Positions 1 to 9,198 of a DNA stretch of 64,000 nt are shown piece by piece. Made by a program: the position numbers and the translations under genes. Numbering within the stretch: the first letter of the stretch is position 1; each line of letters opens with the position of its first letter. The notes under the pieces were generated by a model. That model was not told the DNA's origin, did not search any database, and worked only from the letters and a program-made list of their open reading frames with translations. Source of the DNA: a virus; IMG/VR virus record IMGVR_UViG_3300042894_006927, positions 15,790 through 79,789 of that record. One strand, 5' to 3'.

Positions 1-2
1 AT

Positions 3-134
3 ATGGATGCACACCTACCGAGAAACCCGCTTGAAAACTTTGAACTTGTTTATGACCTTATTAAATCAAAAATAAATACCGACATAAAATGGATAAATCA
101 ATATACGAAGGAATTTCGCCAATTAGCGGAATAG
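3..134 (+). CDS. 3' end of a CDS entering from the left (possibly glycosyltransferase-related)
   Basis: Open frame ...MDAHLPRNPLENFELVYDLIK...LAE* ending TAG at 132-134; context of glycosylation genes. Confidence 0.35.
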   Translation: MDAHLPRNPLENFELVYDLIKSKINTDIKWINQYTKEFRQLAE

Positions 135-655
135 AAATTAACGGGTATTCCAACCACCTTGTACTTATAGATGCCCTTTTCAAAAATGTGAAAAAGGGGG
201 CTATTAAGCATATTTTTGAGTATGGTTGCGGGTTTGGAAGCACCGCCTATTTCCTGCAAAAATCAAAATCGGTTATTGCCTTAGAAATGCAGTCAGATGG
301 TTGGTTTTGGCGTGTACGAAACGACCTTAAACCAATTTACCCGCACCTTGAAATTCACCTTGCTTTAGAGAGATGCCATTGGAATTTTCTCGGAAAATTT
401 AACCAAAATTTCGACCTTGTTTTTGTAGATGGACACGGAGATACAAGACCCGAATGTATTAACTATGCAATGGGAAAAGGTGTGCCGTATATTGTTTCCC
501 ACGATACCGAAGAAAAAGGGTATGGTTGGGAACGGGTTATAAATAACCAAGAATACCACAAATTAACAATGCGGGATTTTAATAATTGGACTACGCTTTG
601 GACAACGGACACGCAAGTATTTGGAAAACTAAAGTCGGATTTTAATTGGTTTTAA
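89..655 (+). CDS. Class I SAM-dependent methyltransferase (probably acts on glycan)
   Basis: IFEYGCGFGST motif I and FDLVFVDG motif; flanked by glycosyltransferases. Confidence 0.75.
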   Translation: MDKSIYEGISPISGIEINGYSNHLVLIDALFKNVKKGAIKHIFEYGCGFGSTAYFLQKSKSVIALEMQSDGWFWRVRNDLKPIYPHLEIHLALERCHWNFLGKFNQNFDLVFVDGHGDTRPECINYAMGKGVPYIVSHDTEEKGYGWERVINNQEYHKLTMRDFNNWTTLWTTDTQVFGKLKSDFNWF

Positions 656-659
656 AAAG

Positions 660-678
660 TTTGACTAATTTAGTCAAA
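660..678. promoter_or_regulatory. Perfect 19-bp palindrome, operator-like
   Basis: TTTGACTAA-T-TTAGTCAAA in the 656-721 intergenic gap. Confidence 0.4.
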
Positions 679-721
679 TGAAATTGAGCATTTTAATAGA
701 CATTACTCTAAAAAACAAAAA

Positions 722-1489
722 ATGAAAATAAGCATCGTTCACCCTTCCCGAAATAGGGTTAAAATGGCATCAGAAGCCATAGAAAAATGGAAGTCAGCAG
801 GAGTTGAATACATTTTGTCGGTTGATTTTTCCGATACCGCAGAGAACTTTATTAAGTACCAAGAAATTGCGAAAAAGAACAAGTGCAAATTGGTAATTAA
901 CCACAATAAAAATTGTGTTGATGCCGTAAACGCAGGGGCAAAACACACTACGGGGGATTGGATTGTCGTAGTTTCTGATGATTTTGATTGCCCCGAAGAT
1001 TGGGTTCAAAAGTTGCGAGAAATCGAAGGTTTTGATTCAAAAGAACCGAGAGTTATTTTGGTAAACGATGGCATTTCAAACAATATCGTTTCGTTGCCAA
1101 TTATTAACCGAATTGCATACGAGCAACTTGGCTACATTTACTATCCGAAATATGCTTCGATGTTTGCCGATACCGACCTTTTCGCTTTGGCAAAAAGAAA
1201 AAATTGGATGATTGATGCCAAGCATTTGTTGTTTGAACACAAACACTTTACAAATGGAAAAAGGGAAAGCGATGAAGCATATTTAAGACAAAATCAAAGT
1301 GCTTTTTGGGCAATCGGAAAGGCATTGTTTGAACGCAGGGTTCAGTCGGATTTTGAAATGGTTGACCTAACTGAACAAGAACGAATTACTTTTGAAAATC
1401 AAATTGAGGATTCAGTTTCTCAAAATCCAAGTCAACACCCCAACCTAAAGCCCATTACGATAATTAGCGGTGGTGGACAATGCAATTAA
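722..1489 (+). CDS. GT2-family (GT-A fold) glycosyltransferase
   Basis: KISIVHPSRNR start, NCVDAVNAGAK, VVVSDD (DxD-like), FADTDL, FEHKH. Confidence 0.8.
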   Translation: MKISIVHPSRNRVKMASEAIEKWKSAGVEYILSVDFSDTAENFIKYQEIAKKNKCKLVINHNKNCVDAVNAGAKHTTGDWIVVVSDDFDCPEDWVQKLREIEGFDSKEPRVILVNDGISNNIVSLPIINRIAYEQLGYIYYPKYASMFADTDLFALAKRKNWMIDAKHLLFEHKHFTNGKRESDEAYLRQNQSAFWAIGKALFERRVQSDFEMVDLTEQERITFENQIEDSVSQNPSQHPNLKPITIISGGGQCN

Positions 1490-2753
1490 AATTATGAAAG
1501 GGCTACATAACATTTACAAATCGCTTTTGTCTGATTCTGAATTGGATTACCGAGAGGTTTTTCCCGCTTTTTTTGAGCAAGATAAAAAGACCAAAGTTCT
1601 ATTTGTTTGTCCGAGAATGGATGCCTTTGGGCTTCGGAATATGTTTGTACCCGCATTGGGGTTATCCAATACGCCCAAAATGGCTTCTTGTATTTTTATG
1701 GCTCAAAAATCAAACAATGAGCATTTAACGGAGTTACGCCAAGACATTGACCTGCCAAGCGAAATAGTGCAACAAGCGGATGTAATTATTTTTCCGTTTT
1801 GCGATGTTCGTTTGCGACCAATCTACGCTTTAATACGAGAGTTGAAGCCAACGATACGCATTGCGTTCATTGTTGACTTTCCAATCGAACAATTAAAGGA
1901 CTATCATTTTTCCAAAAAGACCTACAATAAAGTAAAGGAGAACATTTACGAGAACATTTATTTTGCTGACAAGGTTTTTATTCCCTGCGAATCGTACAAT
2001 GAGGAAATAAGAAAAATGGTTGATGGCAGGTTTGAAATTTCAAAACCGCTTTTAACCGAGATTTACAATACAAAAATCAGCCCGATTGTGGTTGAAAGTA
2101 TTGATTTTCAAAAGATGCCCGAACTTTTTAACCCGCCACCGCCCTACCGAATAGGGTTTTACTCCCAACACGCAGGGGTAGGTAGGAATGAAAAGGAAAT
2201 CGAATTGATTAAGTTTTGCCAAGAAAACGAGGAAAGGTTTGAATATGTTATTTACGGGGCAAATCCATTTGGAAACCGAAAGGACAAAAAAATTGAGGAA
2301 TCAAATGGGCTTGAGGTTTATGAGGATAACTCACTTGCAAAATTGAGCAAAAAATTCAATGGAAATTTTAAGCCAATACGCAGGGTTCAAACCAACGACT
2401 ACATTTATCACTTCAAGAACATTTACAAATTGGGGTTAAGCATAGCCATAGTTATGCCGAAACGGGATGATTTTTTTAACCTTTCTCCGTTCCCCTTTAT
2501 TATTGAGGAATTGGCACTTATGCAGATTCCCGTAATTACCGACATACCATTAAATAAAATGCAGAAAGAAGGGGCGTTTTTTGTTTCAAACATCAATGAA
2601 GCCAAAGAAATTTTGCGTTCTTTAACCCCCGAAATGATTGCCGATAAAGGGCAGAAGGCACAAGAGGTTTTTGGCGGGAGTATTCTTACCGAGCAGGAAC
2701 ATTGGGTGGCTCTTGAACAAGCAATTTTGTCTGATTCGATTTATTCCTTTTAA
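1470..2753 (+). CDS. Putative GT-B fold glycosyltransferase-like protein
   Basis: KVLFVCP, ADVIIF, ADKVFIP, RIGFY, EELALMQIPVITD pattern resembles GT4-like phage enzymes; divergent. Confidence 0.5.
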   Translation: MVDNAIKIMKGLHNIYKSLLSDSELDYREVFPAFFEQDKKTKVLFVCPRMDAFGLRNMFVPALGLSNTPKMASCIFMAQKSNNEHLTELRQDIDLPSEIVQQADVIIFPFCDVRLRPIYALIRELKPTIRIAFIVDFPIEQLKDYHFSKKTYNKVKENIYENIYFADKVFIPCESYNEEIRKMVDGRFEISKPLLTEIYNTKISPIVVESIDFQKMPELFNPPPPYRIGFYSQHAGVGRNEKEIELIKFCQENEERFEYVIYGANPFGNRKDKKIEESNGLEVYEDNSLAKLSKKFNGNFKPIRRVQTNDYIYHFKNIYKLGLSIAIVMPKRDDFFNLSPFPFIIEELALMQIPVITDIPLNKMQKEGAFFVSNINEAKEILRSLTPEMIADKGQKAQEVFGGSILTEQEHWVALEQAILSDSIYSF

Positions 2754-2997
2754 ATGAAATTTCGATGTGATAATTCATCTTTTCGGCATATTGAGAAATC
2801 TTGTCAAAAGAAAGGTAAATATCCCCATTCATAAATCGTGAAATTATATCTAATCTTTCGCCCAAAAATTCGCTGAATTTAGTCAAAGTGTATTTTCTTT
2901 TTTCGGACTTTGATTTGCGTTCAATAAAATCTTTGCACAATTCAAAAAAAACATCATTAAGTTCGTCTTTATCCCTAATTTTATTATATCTTCGCAT
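2686..2997 (-). CDS. XRE/Cro-like helix-turn-helix regulator
   Basis: TLTKFSEFLGERLDIISRFMNGDIYLSFDKISQYAEKM HTH pattern; divergent from 3015. Confidence 0.6.
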   Translation of the reverse strand: MRRYNKIRDKDELNDVFFELCKDFIERKSKSEKRKYTLTKFSEFLGERLDIISRFMNGDIYLSFDKISQYAEKMNYHIEISFKRNKSNQTKLLVQEPPNVPAR

Positions 2998-3014
2998 AAA
3001 ATCAAAATTTTGTT

Positions 3015-3512
3015 ATGGTAACTGATTCAATCACTTCTTTCAAGGCAAAAATAGAAAAAGCAGAGGCAATTCTGAAATTAAAAACCGAGAAATTGGAGTT
3101 GTCGCAAAAATTGACAAAAACACTCAAAGCCGAAGCCAAAAAATCAAGTGGAAGCGATGCACTTGAAAAGCAATACAAAGCATCCGAATATGCCATTCTT
3201 GAAATTGAAAATGAAACGGAGGTTTTTATTCTGAAAAGTATTTTGAACGAGGACTTGGAAAGGTACTCTGAAATGCAGAAAAGAGAGGAAGAATTGCGTG
3301 AAAGGATTTCGTTGCTGCCCGAAATTGTTGACCGAATTAAGGACAAATACAATGCTAAAAAACGGCTTGGAAAATTGCCCAAAAACGATTCGGCAGATGC
3401 GTTGGATTTTCTACAAGATTATCAGTCGTATATGCACCAACCAAATGATGTCGAAGCCACAAAACTACTTCGCAGAGCAGACCGAATTGAGTTCAATCTA
3501 AATCAATTATGA
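3015..3512 (+). CDS. Hypothetical coiled-coil protein
   Basis: 165-aa helical, charged ORF coupled to the next gene (ATGA overlap). Confidence 0.6.
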   Translation: MVTDSITSFKAKIEKAEAILKLKTEKLELSQKLTKTLKAEAKKSSGSDALEKQYKASEYAILEIENETEVFILKSILNEDLERYSEMQKREEELRERISLLPEIVDRIKDKYNAKKRLGKLPKNDSADALDFLQDYQSYMHQPNDVEATKLLRRADRIEFNLNQL

Positions 3513-4144
3513 AACTAACAATGGTTATGCAATCCTACCTTTATGAATATGAAGGTGGGGCGAGTAATCGGGTTGATAAATTTCATCGTGCTTTAGCGGG
3601 ATTTGCAGGGCAAACGGAAAGTTCAAGCAACATTGAATTGATTGTAATTTCTCACGGATGCCCAATTACAAAAGCCCAATATCGAAACTTTGTTGAATTG
3701 CACAAGCCGAAAAACTTTAGGTATTATGAGGTTCAGCGAAATTCCCAATTTGAGGGCAGTCCAAGAGATATTGGCATAGTTAATGCAAAAGGGGAATACA
3801 TTGCCTATTTGGATTCCGATGATATGCTCGTTGTTGACTATTGCGAAAAACTAATTGATGCTCTAAATTTTTGGAACAACCCAAAATGGGCGTATTTTAA
3901 CGATTTGATTCGCACAAATACGGGTACAAGTGAACGCAAAATTAAAATGGAACAAGGTCGAATTGGAACAAGTAATTTGTGCCATAGACAAGACCTTTTT
4001 CCCGATGTCCGTTGGGCGGGATTGGATGGTTACGGACACGATTGGGGATTCATTTTGAGATTGAAAAAGTTTGGTGGCGAGGGCGTAAGGTTTCATAAAA
4101 TGGGATATGTAGTGTGCCACATTCCTTTCAAAATGGACTACTAA
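3509..4144 (+). CDS. GT2-family glycosyltransferase
   Basis: ELIVISHGC, PRDIGIVNAKGEYIAYLDSDD, GHDWGFI. Confidence 0.85.
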   Translation: MKLTMVMQSYLYEYEGGASNRVDKFHRALAGFAGQTESSSNIELIVISHGCPITKAQYRNFVELHKPKNFRYYEVQRNSQFEGSPRDIGIVNAKGEYIAYLDSDDMLVVDYCEKLIDALNFWNNPKWAYFNDLIRTNTGTSERKIKMEQGRIGTSNLCHRQDLFPDVRWAGLDGYGHDWGFILRLKKFGGEGVRFHKMGYVVCHIPFKMDY

Positions 4145-4173
4145 TTTGTACCTTCGGTTTTAAATGACCGAAA

Positions 4174-7140
4174 ATGAACTCATACGGACTTGTATTTGGT
4201 GGAGAAAAAACAAGCCACGATAGCGGAAACGATATTGCCTACCAAGTTGTAGCAGGAAATAATTACTCCCAAGTTGTAATTGAGGGCGATGAATATATCC
4301 TGCCAAAAGAAGCAATGCAATCCGAAAAAGTTTACGACTTTGTGGATAAATTGCCTATTGAAATGCTTGACGAAATTAAGCGTTCCGAGAATGTATTTAT
4401 TCAGTTTCCAAATTTACGGCAGGGGGATATGGTTGTCTGCAAAAATTCGGTTCGGAATGATGATTTGCACACAATTAAAGGAACTGCGAAAGAAATTGGA
4501 AACTACCTTCAAGGGCTTTCAGCGTGTAGAATGTATGCGAAAGGCGGTTACATTAGCGGTGAACTTGCCAACGGGGGCGGGGTAGAAGATGAAAGTCAGT
4601 TGCGTTTGCTTACCCCTATGCCACCGACAAAACTTGGCAAAACGGGCATTGATTCTCTAACTGAAATCATTGGAAAAGATAAAATGCGACCTGCCTTTTC
4701 GGGGGCGTTATATGCAGGTAAGGGAAGAATAGTTGCCACCGATGCAAACATATTGGTTGTTCTTGAAAACCAAAACTATCCGAAATCACTTGATGGAACA
4801 ATTAAATCTTTGTGGAATAAAGTGCCACAAGAAAGGTTGGTTGGTATTCCTTATCCAAATTGGGAAGCGGTTGTACCAAGCCAACAAAATTTTCAGACAA
4901 AAGAACTATCAATAGACGATGTTCTCGCCTATGCGTATGGGGGGTTTTTAGAGGGCAAAAAAATTATTAACGAAAAGGATTTTAACAAATACCAAAAAGA
5001 AGTATTCAAATACATTTTACGATTAAACATTGGGAACATTGAAATTGGCGTTGATTCGTTGTTGCTTACCCGTATTTTAAGGACTTTAAAGGCGAATGAT
5101 GTTCGGAAGATTGTTTTTCATATTGGGCAAACAAATCAAAGACCAATCAAAATAACAACCGACAATAAACACTATGGGTTAATAATGCCCGTAATGATTG
5201 CTGATAAAGTTGAAGATTTAGGAGAAGCCATTTATGTTAGTCAACAAATTTTTTACCCTATTTCGGAGAAGGATTTTAGGGCAATGTCAAAAAAATATGG
5301 CGAATACTTAACCGAATTTTCAAAAATGGTTGGGGGTGAAAGAATGGCAGAAGGTGGAGAAATTACTATGAATATGCCGCTTCTGATTCGTGTTTTGGAA
5401 TTGGCTAAAGAGGATGTGAAAGAGGACAAAGAAATTCATTTTATAGCAGAAAGGTTGCAGTCAATCGCAGACAAAGGCACTTTGACTATGGAAGATTACG
5501 ATTACATTTCGGGGTTGGAAAGTAACGACAAAATTCAAAAACTGATTGCCGAAAATGATAGTAACGATTCCGATTTAAGGTTTGAGCAGGGCGGGGAAGT
5601 AGAGGATTTAATAAGCAGAGGAATTGTTGACTTGAAAATGTACGATACAATCCCAAAACACGCAAATGAATATGGTTTGCAATGCCTTAATCCATTGTTT
5701 GTTCAAACTATTTGCGTAAGTGAACCAAAAAGATTAAAAGGTTTAGGCACAAAAGTATTATCGTACATTGAAAAATACGCAATCGAAAATGGACACGATT
5801 TAATTTTTGGTCATATCATTCAAGAAGCAAAATTTACTAAAGACGAAAGACAAACATTTTTTTGTGATATTGATATGATTAAGAATTGGTTGCACTCAAA
5901 CGGATATGCAATCAGGGATGAAAATAATGATTTTCATAAATTCATTCAAAGTAATAAGTTAGAAGGTGGAGGTAGCGTTTTGTTAGCCCCAAACGGAAAG
6001 CCGAGCAATTTAACCCCCGAACAATGGCATTTAGTCCGAACCCACGAATTTAAAGCGTGGTTTGGGGATTGGGAAGCCCTTGAAAACGCTAAATTAAGGG
6101 ATAAGGGAATGGATGAAGTTACCTTGAAAAATTTGGCATCGGATGTTTCAAAGGTTGTTGATGAGAATGGTGAGCCGTTGGTGGTTTATCACGGAGGTTA
6201 TATTGATTTTAATGTTTTTGATATTGATAAGACAGCAAATAAGAGATTTTATTTTACCCCAAGTAAAGAGTACGCTGAATTTAGAGGGCAAGTTTCTAAA
6301 GCGTATTTCTTAAAGATTATAGAATTATATTATGTAGATTGGCAACAAGGGAGAACTTTACAAAAACCAAAAGGTAAATTTTCGGGTTATGCTAATTTAC
6401 TAAATGGTATAAAAAATCTTAATGAAATAATTGTTTTTGAACCTACCCAAATCAAACTTGCCGATGGTAGCAACACTACATTTGATTCCAATAACCCCGA
6501 TATAAGGTTTGAACAAGGCGGGATGTTAGAAAATGGTGTTGGAGGGGAGTACGATAGTTTATATGCTTTTCTTTATTGGCACAAAGAGTACATCCCAATT
6601 TTCGCTAAAAAATACGGCATAAACGAATCGGAGTGGGAAGATTTTGTTAGTGGGGAATTGGGATATGATAAAGAAATTTTGCAAAACATTTTGGGGGATG
6701 GGTACAAACTATTTTACGATGAAGAAAAAGATATGTTTGAGGTTTCAGAGAAAAGGAAGCGAAAAAAATCGGGCAACTATAAAATAGAGAAAGTTTCAAG
6801 TAAAAATGAAAAACAAGTTTTGAGAATAATTAACGAGGAAATAGTTACCGAGTTAAAACCAAGATTAGCAGTTTTTTGGAATGATATGGTTGTGGGTGGT
6901 TCTACTTATGAATTTAAAAATGGCACATATAAATTTGACTTGGCTATTTTACCCGAATATCAAGGGCTTGGAATTTCAAAAGGTTTGATTCAGTCAATTA
7001 TTGACGATGCAAAAATGCTAAAAGCAAAAAGTTTGGAAGCAGAGGTTGTAAACAAAAAGTTGCTTTCATACCTTCAATCAATAGGGTTTTCGGCATACAA
7101 ATCTCAAGGTCAAGATTTTGCTTTCTTATCTCTAAAATAA
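4174..7140 (+). CDS. Polyvalent polyprotein: beta-clamp-like domain, GNAT, ART-PolyVal-like ADP-ribosyltransferase, GNAT; modules separated by xxGG motifs
   Basis: RPAFSG..VATDAN..YPNWEAVVP..GLIMPV (clamp); RLKGLGTKVL and EYQGLGISKGL (GNAT acetyl-CoA loops); EFKAWFGDW..GEPLVVYHG..FYFT..VFEPTQIK (ART-PolyVal). Confidence 0.75.
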   Translation: MNSYGLVFGGEKTSHDSGNDIAYQVVAGNNYSQVVIEGDEYILPKEAMQSEKVYDFVDKLPIEMLDEIKRSENVFIQFPNLRQGDMVVCKNSVRNDDLHTIKGTAKEIGNYLQGLSACRMYAKGGYISGELANGGGVEDESQLRLLTPMPPTKLGKTGIDSLTEIIGKDKMRPAFSGALYAGKGRIVATDANILVVLENQNYPKSLDGTIKSLWNKVPQERLVGIPYPNWEAVVPSQQNFQTKELSIDDVLAYAYGGFLEGKKIINEKDFNKYQKEVFKYILRLNIGNIEIGVDSLLLTRILRTLKANDVRKIVFHIGQTNQRPIKITTDNKHYGLIMPVMIADKVEDLGEAIYVSQQIFYPISEKDFRAMSKKYGEYLTEFSKMVGGERMAEGGEITMNMPLLIRVLELAKEDVKEDKEIHFIAERLQSIADKGTLTMEDYDYISGLESNDKIQKLIAENDSNDSDLRFEQGGEVEDLISRGIVDLKMYDTIPKHANEYGLQCLNPLFVQTICVSEPKRLKGLGTKVLSYIEKYAIENGHDLIFGHIIQEAKFTKDERQTFFCDIDMIKNWLHSNGYAIRDENNDFHKFIQSNKLEGGGSVLLAPNGKPSNLTPEQWHLVRTHEFKAWFGDWEALENAKLRDKGMDEVTLKNLASDVSKVVDENGEPLVVYHGGYIDFNVFDIDKTANKRFYFTPSKEYAEFRGQVSKAYFLKIIELYYVDWQQGRTLQKPKGKFSGYANLLNGIKNLNEIIVFEPTQIKLADGSNTTFDSNNPDIRFEQGGMLENGVGGEYDSLYAFLYWHKEYIPIFAKKYGINESEWEDFVSGELGYDKEILQNILGDGYKLFYDEEKDMFEVSEKRKRKKSGNYKIEKVSSKNEKQVLRIINEEIVTELKPRLAVFWNDMVVGGSTYEFKNGTYKFDLAILPEYQGLGISKGLIQSIIDDAKMLKAKSLEAEVVNKKLLSYLQSIGFSAYKSQGQDFAFLSLK

Positions 7141-7144
7141 AACA

Positions 7145-8671
7145 ATGCAAGTTTTTGAATTAACATTTTACCGAGTTGCAATACAAGGGAATGATTATTC
7201 TGAAATTATTTATGAAGGCATAAATTTCGATTATGCGAAAATGGAATACGATTCGGTTAATATATCGGATTTCCAAGACGATTTTGGCGGTGTGGTTGAA
7301 CTTGAAAAATTTGATAGGTTGTATGAGTATATTTACGATTTAGAGGATTTAGAGGATTTCCCATTTTTAAAACATTATGCCGACAATTCCTTATTTAAGG
7401 AAATAGATGAAACCGAAATTGAAACACTTTTTCAGAGAAGGGTTGACTACATAAACCAACAAAGTGATGAACTATTGAGCAGGGTTCAACAACACTATTT
7501 TCAAATTTATGGCGATTACAAATACAATAACATTCCCGTTACTAATGGTTTGCCCGAAGATGATGATGATTTTATTGAATTTGGTTGTATTCAATTAAGG
7601 TTGGCAGACCATTCCGAAAACCTACAAAACGTAGATAGGTTTGGCGTGTGCGATTATTACATTTCAGTAGTGATTGCAGATAAAAATGCAACAAAAGAGC
7701 AATTTTTTTCAAGTAAATTTGAAAGGCGAAAAAATGAAGTTGAATTGTACTTTGATTCAGATTCAAATTTCGATGAAATTATTGATGAAATAGAAGATAG
7801 AATTGAAAATGCAAGAGAACTTATTATGCCTAAATACGAGCAAAATAACCAAATGAAAATGGGGGGCAAATTAAATCCTTCAAAAACTCCCGCACCAATT
7901 AAAGAACGGGTTTATGGAAGCAAAATAAACAAGCCCGAATCTTCGGCATCGTTAAGGTCTGCTTCTGCAATAAAACTATCTTCCGAAAACATTTCAACGC
8001 TGAATAAAAAGGTATTGGAATTTAAGTCAAAATACATTAACCGAAACAAGAGAATGACACTTAATGCCCTAAAAGCGGTAATGCGTAGGGGTATGGGTGC
8101 TTATTCTTCAACACACCGACCAACAATTTCGGGTGGCAAACCAAATTCAAGGGTTGCTTGGGGATTAGCAAGGGTAAATGCCTTTTTGTTCAAAGCAGAA
8201 AATGGCAGACCAAAAAACCCAAAATATGTTCAAGATGATGATTTATTGCGTGAATTGGGATATAAGTTTGCTATGCAAATGGGCGGTGGTGTTTATCTTC
8301 CCGAATTGTACGATTTTGATGAAAGCGAATTAAAAAAAGGCGGGGAAATTTCCCCCGAAAAGTTTAAGATGCCAAACAAAGAGGTTTTGGAATATGGGGA
8401 TTTTTTGAAAAAGAATCACCCGAAAGTGTGGAAGGCGGGGGGAAACATTTTCGGAAACCAAGCATTTGAGAACTTGAAGCGGGTAAGCAATAGGGGTTAT
8501 TGGCTTGAAAGTGAAAGGTGGATGTATGAAAAATGGCAATCATTTGTAAAACGGCATCAACATAATCACCTTCTTGCAGGGATTATCGCCAATGTTAAGT
8601 GGGCTTCTTGGGGAAATATCGGAAAAGCAAAAGCGAAATCGGTAATTGAAAATGCTTTTTCCGATAATTAA
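7145..8671 (+). CDS. Modular protein: acidic N-domain plus two virion-type domains separated by xxGG motifs
   Basis: MKMGGKL, MQMGGGV, LKKGGEI junctions; LKAVMRRGMGAYSSTHRP..AWGLARVNAFL domain. Confidence 0.65.
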   Translation: MQVFELTFYRVAIQGNDYSEIIYEGINFDYAKMEYDSVNISDFQDDFGGVVELEKFDRLYEYIYDLEDLEDFPFLKHYADNSLFKEIDETEIETLFQRRVDYINQQSDELLSRVQQHYFQIYGDYKYNNIPVTNGLPEDDDDFIEFGCIQLRLADHSENLQNVDRFGVCDYYISVVIADKNATKEQFFSSKFERRKNEVELYFDSDSNFDEIIDEIEDRIENARELIMPKYEQNNQMKMGGKLNPSKTPAPIKERVYGSKINKPESSASLRSASAIKLSSENISTLNKKVLEFKSKYINRNKRMTLNALKAVMRRGMGAYSSTHRPTISGGKPNSRVAWGLARVNAFLFKAENGRPKNPKYVQDDDLLRELGYKFAMQMGGGVYLPELYDFDESELKKGGEISPEKFKMPNKEVLEYGDFLKKNHPKVWKAGGNIFGNQAFENLKRVSNRGYWLESERWMYEKWQSFVKRHQHNHLLAGIIANVKWASWGNIGKAKAKSVIENAFSDN

Positions 8672-8705
8672 AATTGTTTACTATCTTCGTAAAAATCAAT
8701 TTAAA

Positions 8706-9197
8706 ATGGCTTTAACGCTAAAGATTTTTGACAACAACCGAGAAATTTCTCGTCTTTGTGCTTTAGATTATATCCCAACAACATTCAAGGGAAATTCTTA
8801 TTTGCCAACAATTTCTTTAATCAAACTTGCAATCCACGAAAAGGTTGAAAATATGATTGAAGAATTTATCGTTGAGTGCAAAGCAAATGGAATGTCAGAG
8901 CAAAGTGCTTATGAGGAACTTTCGGTAAGGGCAGAGGAGTTGCTTGGCGAACCCATTTACGCAAATAACCTAAATGCCCTTTTGCACCAAATTACCGATT
9001 CCCAACAAAATTTTATTTTGTCCGATAGAATTGAGTACAACCTTCAAGAGTTGGAAAGAACACCAAGTAAAATAGAAGCAGAATTGATAGATGGAGTTTT
9101 TAAAGATGAAATCAAAACCTATCATTCATTCATTCGTACTTGCCAAGATGAATCTATACTTTCTTACCTTGAACTTTTAGGTCAACAAAACATTTAA
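8706..9197 (+). CDS. Hypothetical protein
   Basis: ATG at 8706 preferred over the TTG at 8646; preceded by TATCTTCG, a -7-like element. Confidence 0.6.
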   Translation: MALTLKIFDNNREISRLCALDYIPTTFKGNSYLPTISLIKLAIHEKVENMIEEFIVECKANGMSEQSAYEELSVRAEELLGEPIYANNLNALLHQITDSQQNFILSDRIEYNLQELERTPSKIEAELIDGVFKDEIKTYHSFIRTCQDESILSYLELLGQQNI

Positions 9198-9198
9198 T

